This document shows, piece after piece, positions 62,891-64,000 of a stretch of DNA of 64,000 nt. The stretch spans positions 806,001-870,000 of the forward strand of contig CP128820.1 in NCBI GenBank assembly GCA_051546255.1. Direction: 5' to 3'. Both the position numbers and the translations under genes were made by a program. How positions within the stretch are numbered: position 1 is the stretch's first letter; each line of letters starts with the position of its first letter. This DNA is from Meyerozyma guilliermondii (lineage: Eukaryota). Under the pieces are notes generated by a model. It made no database searches. It saw only the letters and a list, made by a program, of their open reading frames with translations, and was not told where the DNA came from.

Positions 62891-64000
62891 ATGGGGAAAA
62901 GGAAATTGCAAGGTAATAAGAATGAACTCAATCGAAAGCGACTCAAAAATGAGCAGGATGCTTTGCTAGAGCAAGGTTTATTCGATAAAGCACTGTCTCA
63001 TACATCAGAACAAAAATGGGAAGACGTCGAGCAAGATTACGAGATGGTCCCAAGAGCATCTTACGATGATTCAAAAATTGTCGAGGGTTTGCCCACCAAG
63101 AATGCAGACGGAAAGATTACACGTAACTTGCGAAAGGTTGAGCTTGAAACTCACAAAAGTGAAGACGAAGCTGACCTCGAAACTGCAACTGAAGTTGAGA
63201 TAACACAAGAGGCAAACGAAGAGGAAAAAGATCCATATGCACATTTACCGCCTGCTGAGAGGCTCACGCTATTAAAGGAAGAAATAGCTGAACTATCTTC
63301 GTCTTTACTTGAGGACCCGGAAAGTAATTTCAAGAATTTAACAAGGTTGAGAAAAATGTCTGAATCGAAGAATTTTGCGACTAGTCAGTTGGCAACTTCA
63401 GCCTTAATACCTGTCTTCAAGGCTCTTGCTCCATCATATTGCATAAGACCGCTTACCGATGCCGAAAAGCGTGAGAAGGTAAGTAAGGAAGTTGCTCGTC
63501 TCCGTCAATTCGAGCAATCATTGGCAATGAACTACTGTCAATTTGTAGATCACTTGGCAACTTTGGCCAAGATTTCGGTTCTGAACTCGAGAAACAACAA
63601 AAGCATAACATCTCAGATGATCAAGCGAGGATCTTTAGCGTGTAAAGTTGCATGTGAATTAAGTACTTCATCCTTGCGTTTCTTTAATCATCGAAATGAG
63701 TTATTCAAACTAATTATCAGGCGTCTCAATAGAAGACCGCTGGATCCCGATGACCTCGAGGTTTTTAACAGGTGCTTGAGAACGCTTGAAACCCTTTTAA
63801 AAGAAGACGAAGAATCAGGTGAGATTTCTTTGGAAGTGACGAGATTGTTGTGCAAGACGTTGCGAGAAAAGAAGTTTCGAGTTGATGAATCCGTTATAAA
63901 CATTTTCTTGAGTTTGTCGCTTCTCAATGACTATGACCCTAATGGAAATAAAGAAGCTGATGATAAGCCGAAGTTGAAGAAAAAGGATAGAGTCCATTTG
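62891..64000 (+). CDS. NOC3: Nucleolar complex protein Noc3, 5' part (runs off the window; missing from the ORF track)
   Basis: My translation gives MGKRK...WEDVEQDYEMVPR...VEGLPTKNADGKI...KEEIAEL...EDPESNFKNLTRL...IRPLTDAEKREKVSKEVARLRQFEQ. Confidence 0.88.
   Translation, partial: MGKRKLQGNKNELNRKRLKNEQDALLEQGLFDKALSHTSEQKWEDVEQDYEMVPRASYDDSKIVEGLPTKNADGKITRNLRKVELETHKSEDEADLETATEVEITQEANEEEKDPYAHLPPAERLTLLKEEIAELSSSLLEDPESNFKNLTRLRKMSESKNFATSQLATSALIPVFKALAPSYCIRPLTDAEKREKVSKEVARLRQFEQSLAMNYCQFVDHLATLAKISVLNSRNNKSITSQMIKRGSLACKVACELSTSSLRFFNHRNELFKLIIRRLNRRPLDPDDLEVFNRCLRTLETLLKEDEESGEISLEVTRLLCKTLREKKFRVDESVINIFLSLSLLNDYDPNGNKEADDKPKLKKKDRVHL

Overview
Gene-dense nuclear DNA from a budding yeast of the CUG-Ser (CTG) clade. 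CTG codons fall at conserved Ser positions, so the supplied translations misread them as Leu; a Meyerozyma/Debaryomycetaceae-like source is my inference. The window holds about 36 protein genes, including UPF2/NMD2 (partial), PTC7, TIM11, PEP7, a quinate-permease-like MFS transporter, a D-amino-acid oxidase, CDC45, GID11-like, LCL2, two tandem dienelactone hydrolases, ISC1, SPC25, ERG27, MTC5, TAF10, a TEY MAP kinase, a Tna1/Dal5-family MFS transporter, UFD4, CAP1, SFT1, HSE1, LAG1, MRP4, a probable SHU1, SBA1, UCC1, FIG4, MET3, GND1, ERG5 and NOC3 (partial), plus several orphan ORFs and three tRNA-Ser genes. I found no CRISPR array, rRNA or recognisable transposon. The most interesting signals are: (i) a ~2.8 kb AT-rich, gene-free interval (54.2-57.0 kb) among genes whose S. 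cerevisiae orthologues are centromere-linked, a candidate regional centromere; (ii) cryptic organelle targeting at four loci (an intron-encoded PTS2 in GND1, a two-ATG TM/mitochondrial architecture in PTC7, a PTS1-plus/PTS1-minus hydrolase pair, and a DAO whose SKI tail is one base out of frame); (iii) a frameshift-split orphan gene between LAG1 and MRP4; (iv) a tandem duplication containing the 5' end of a tRNA gene. Gene names come from remembered motifs and synteny, not from a database search.
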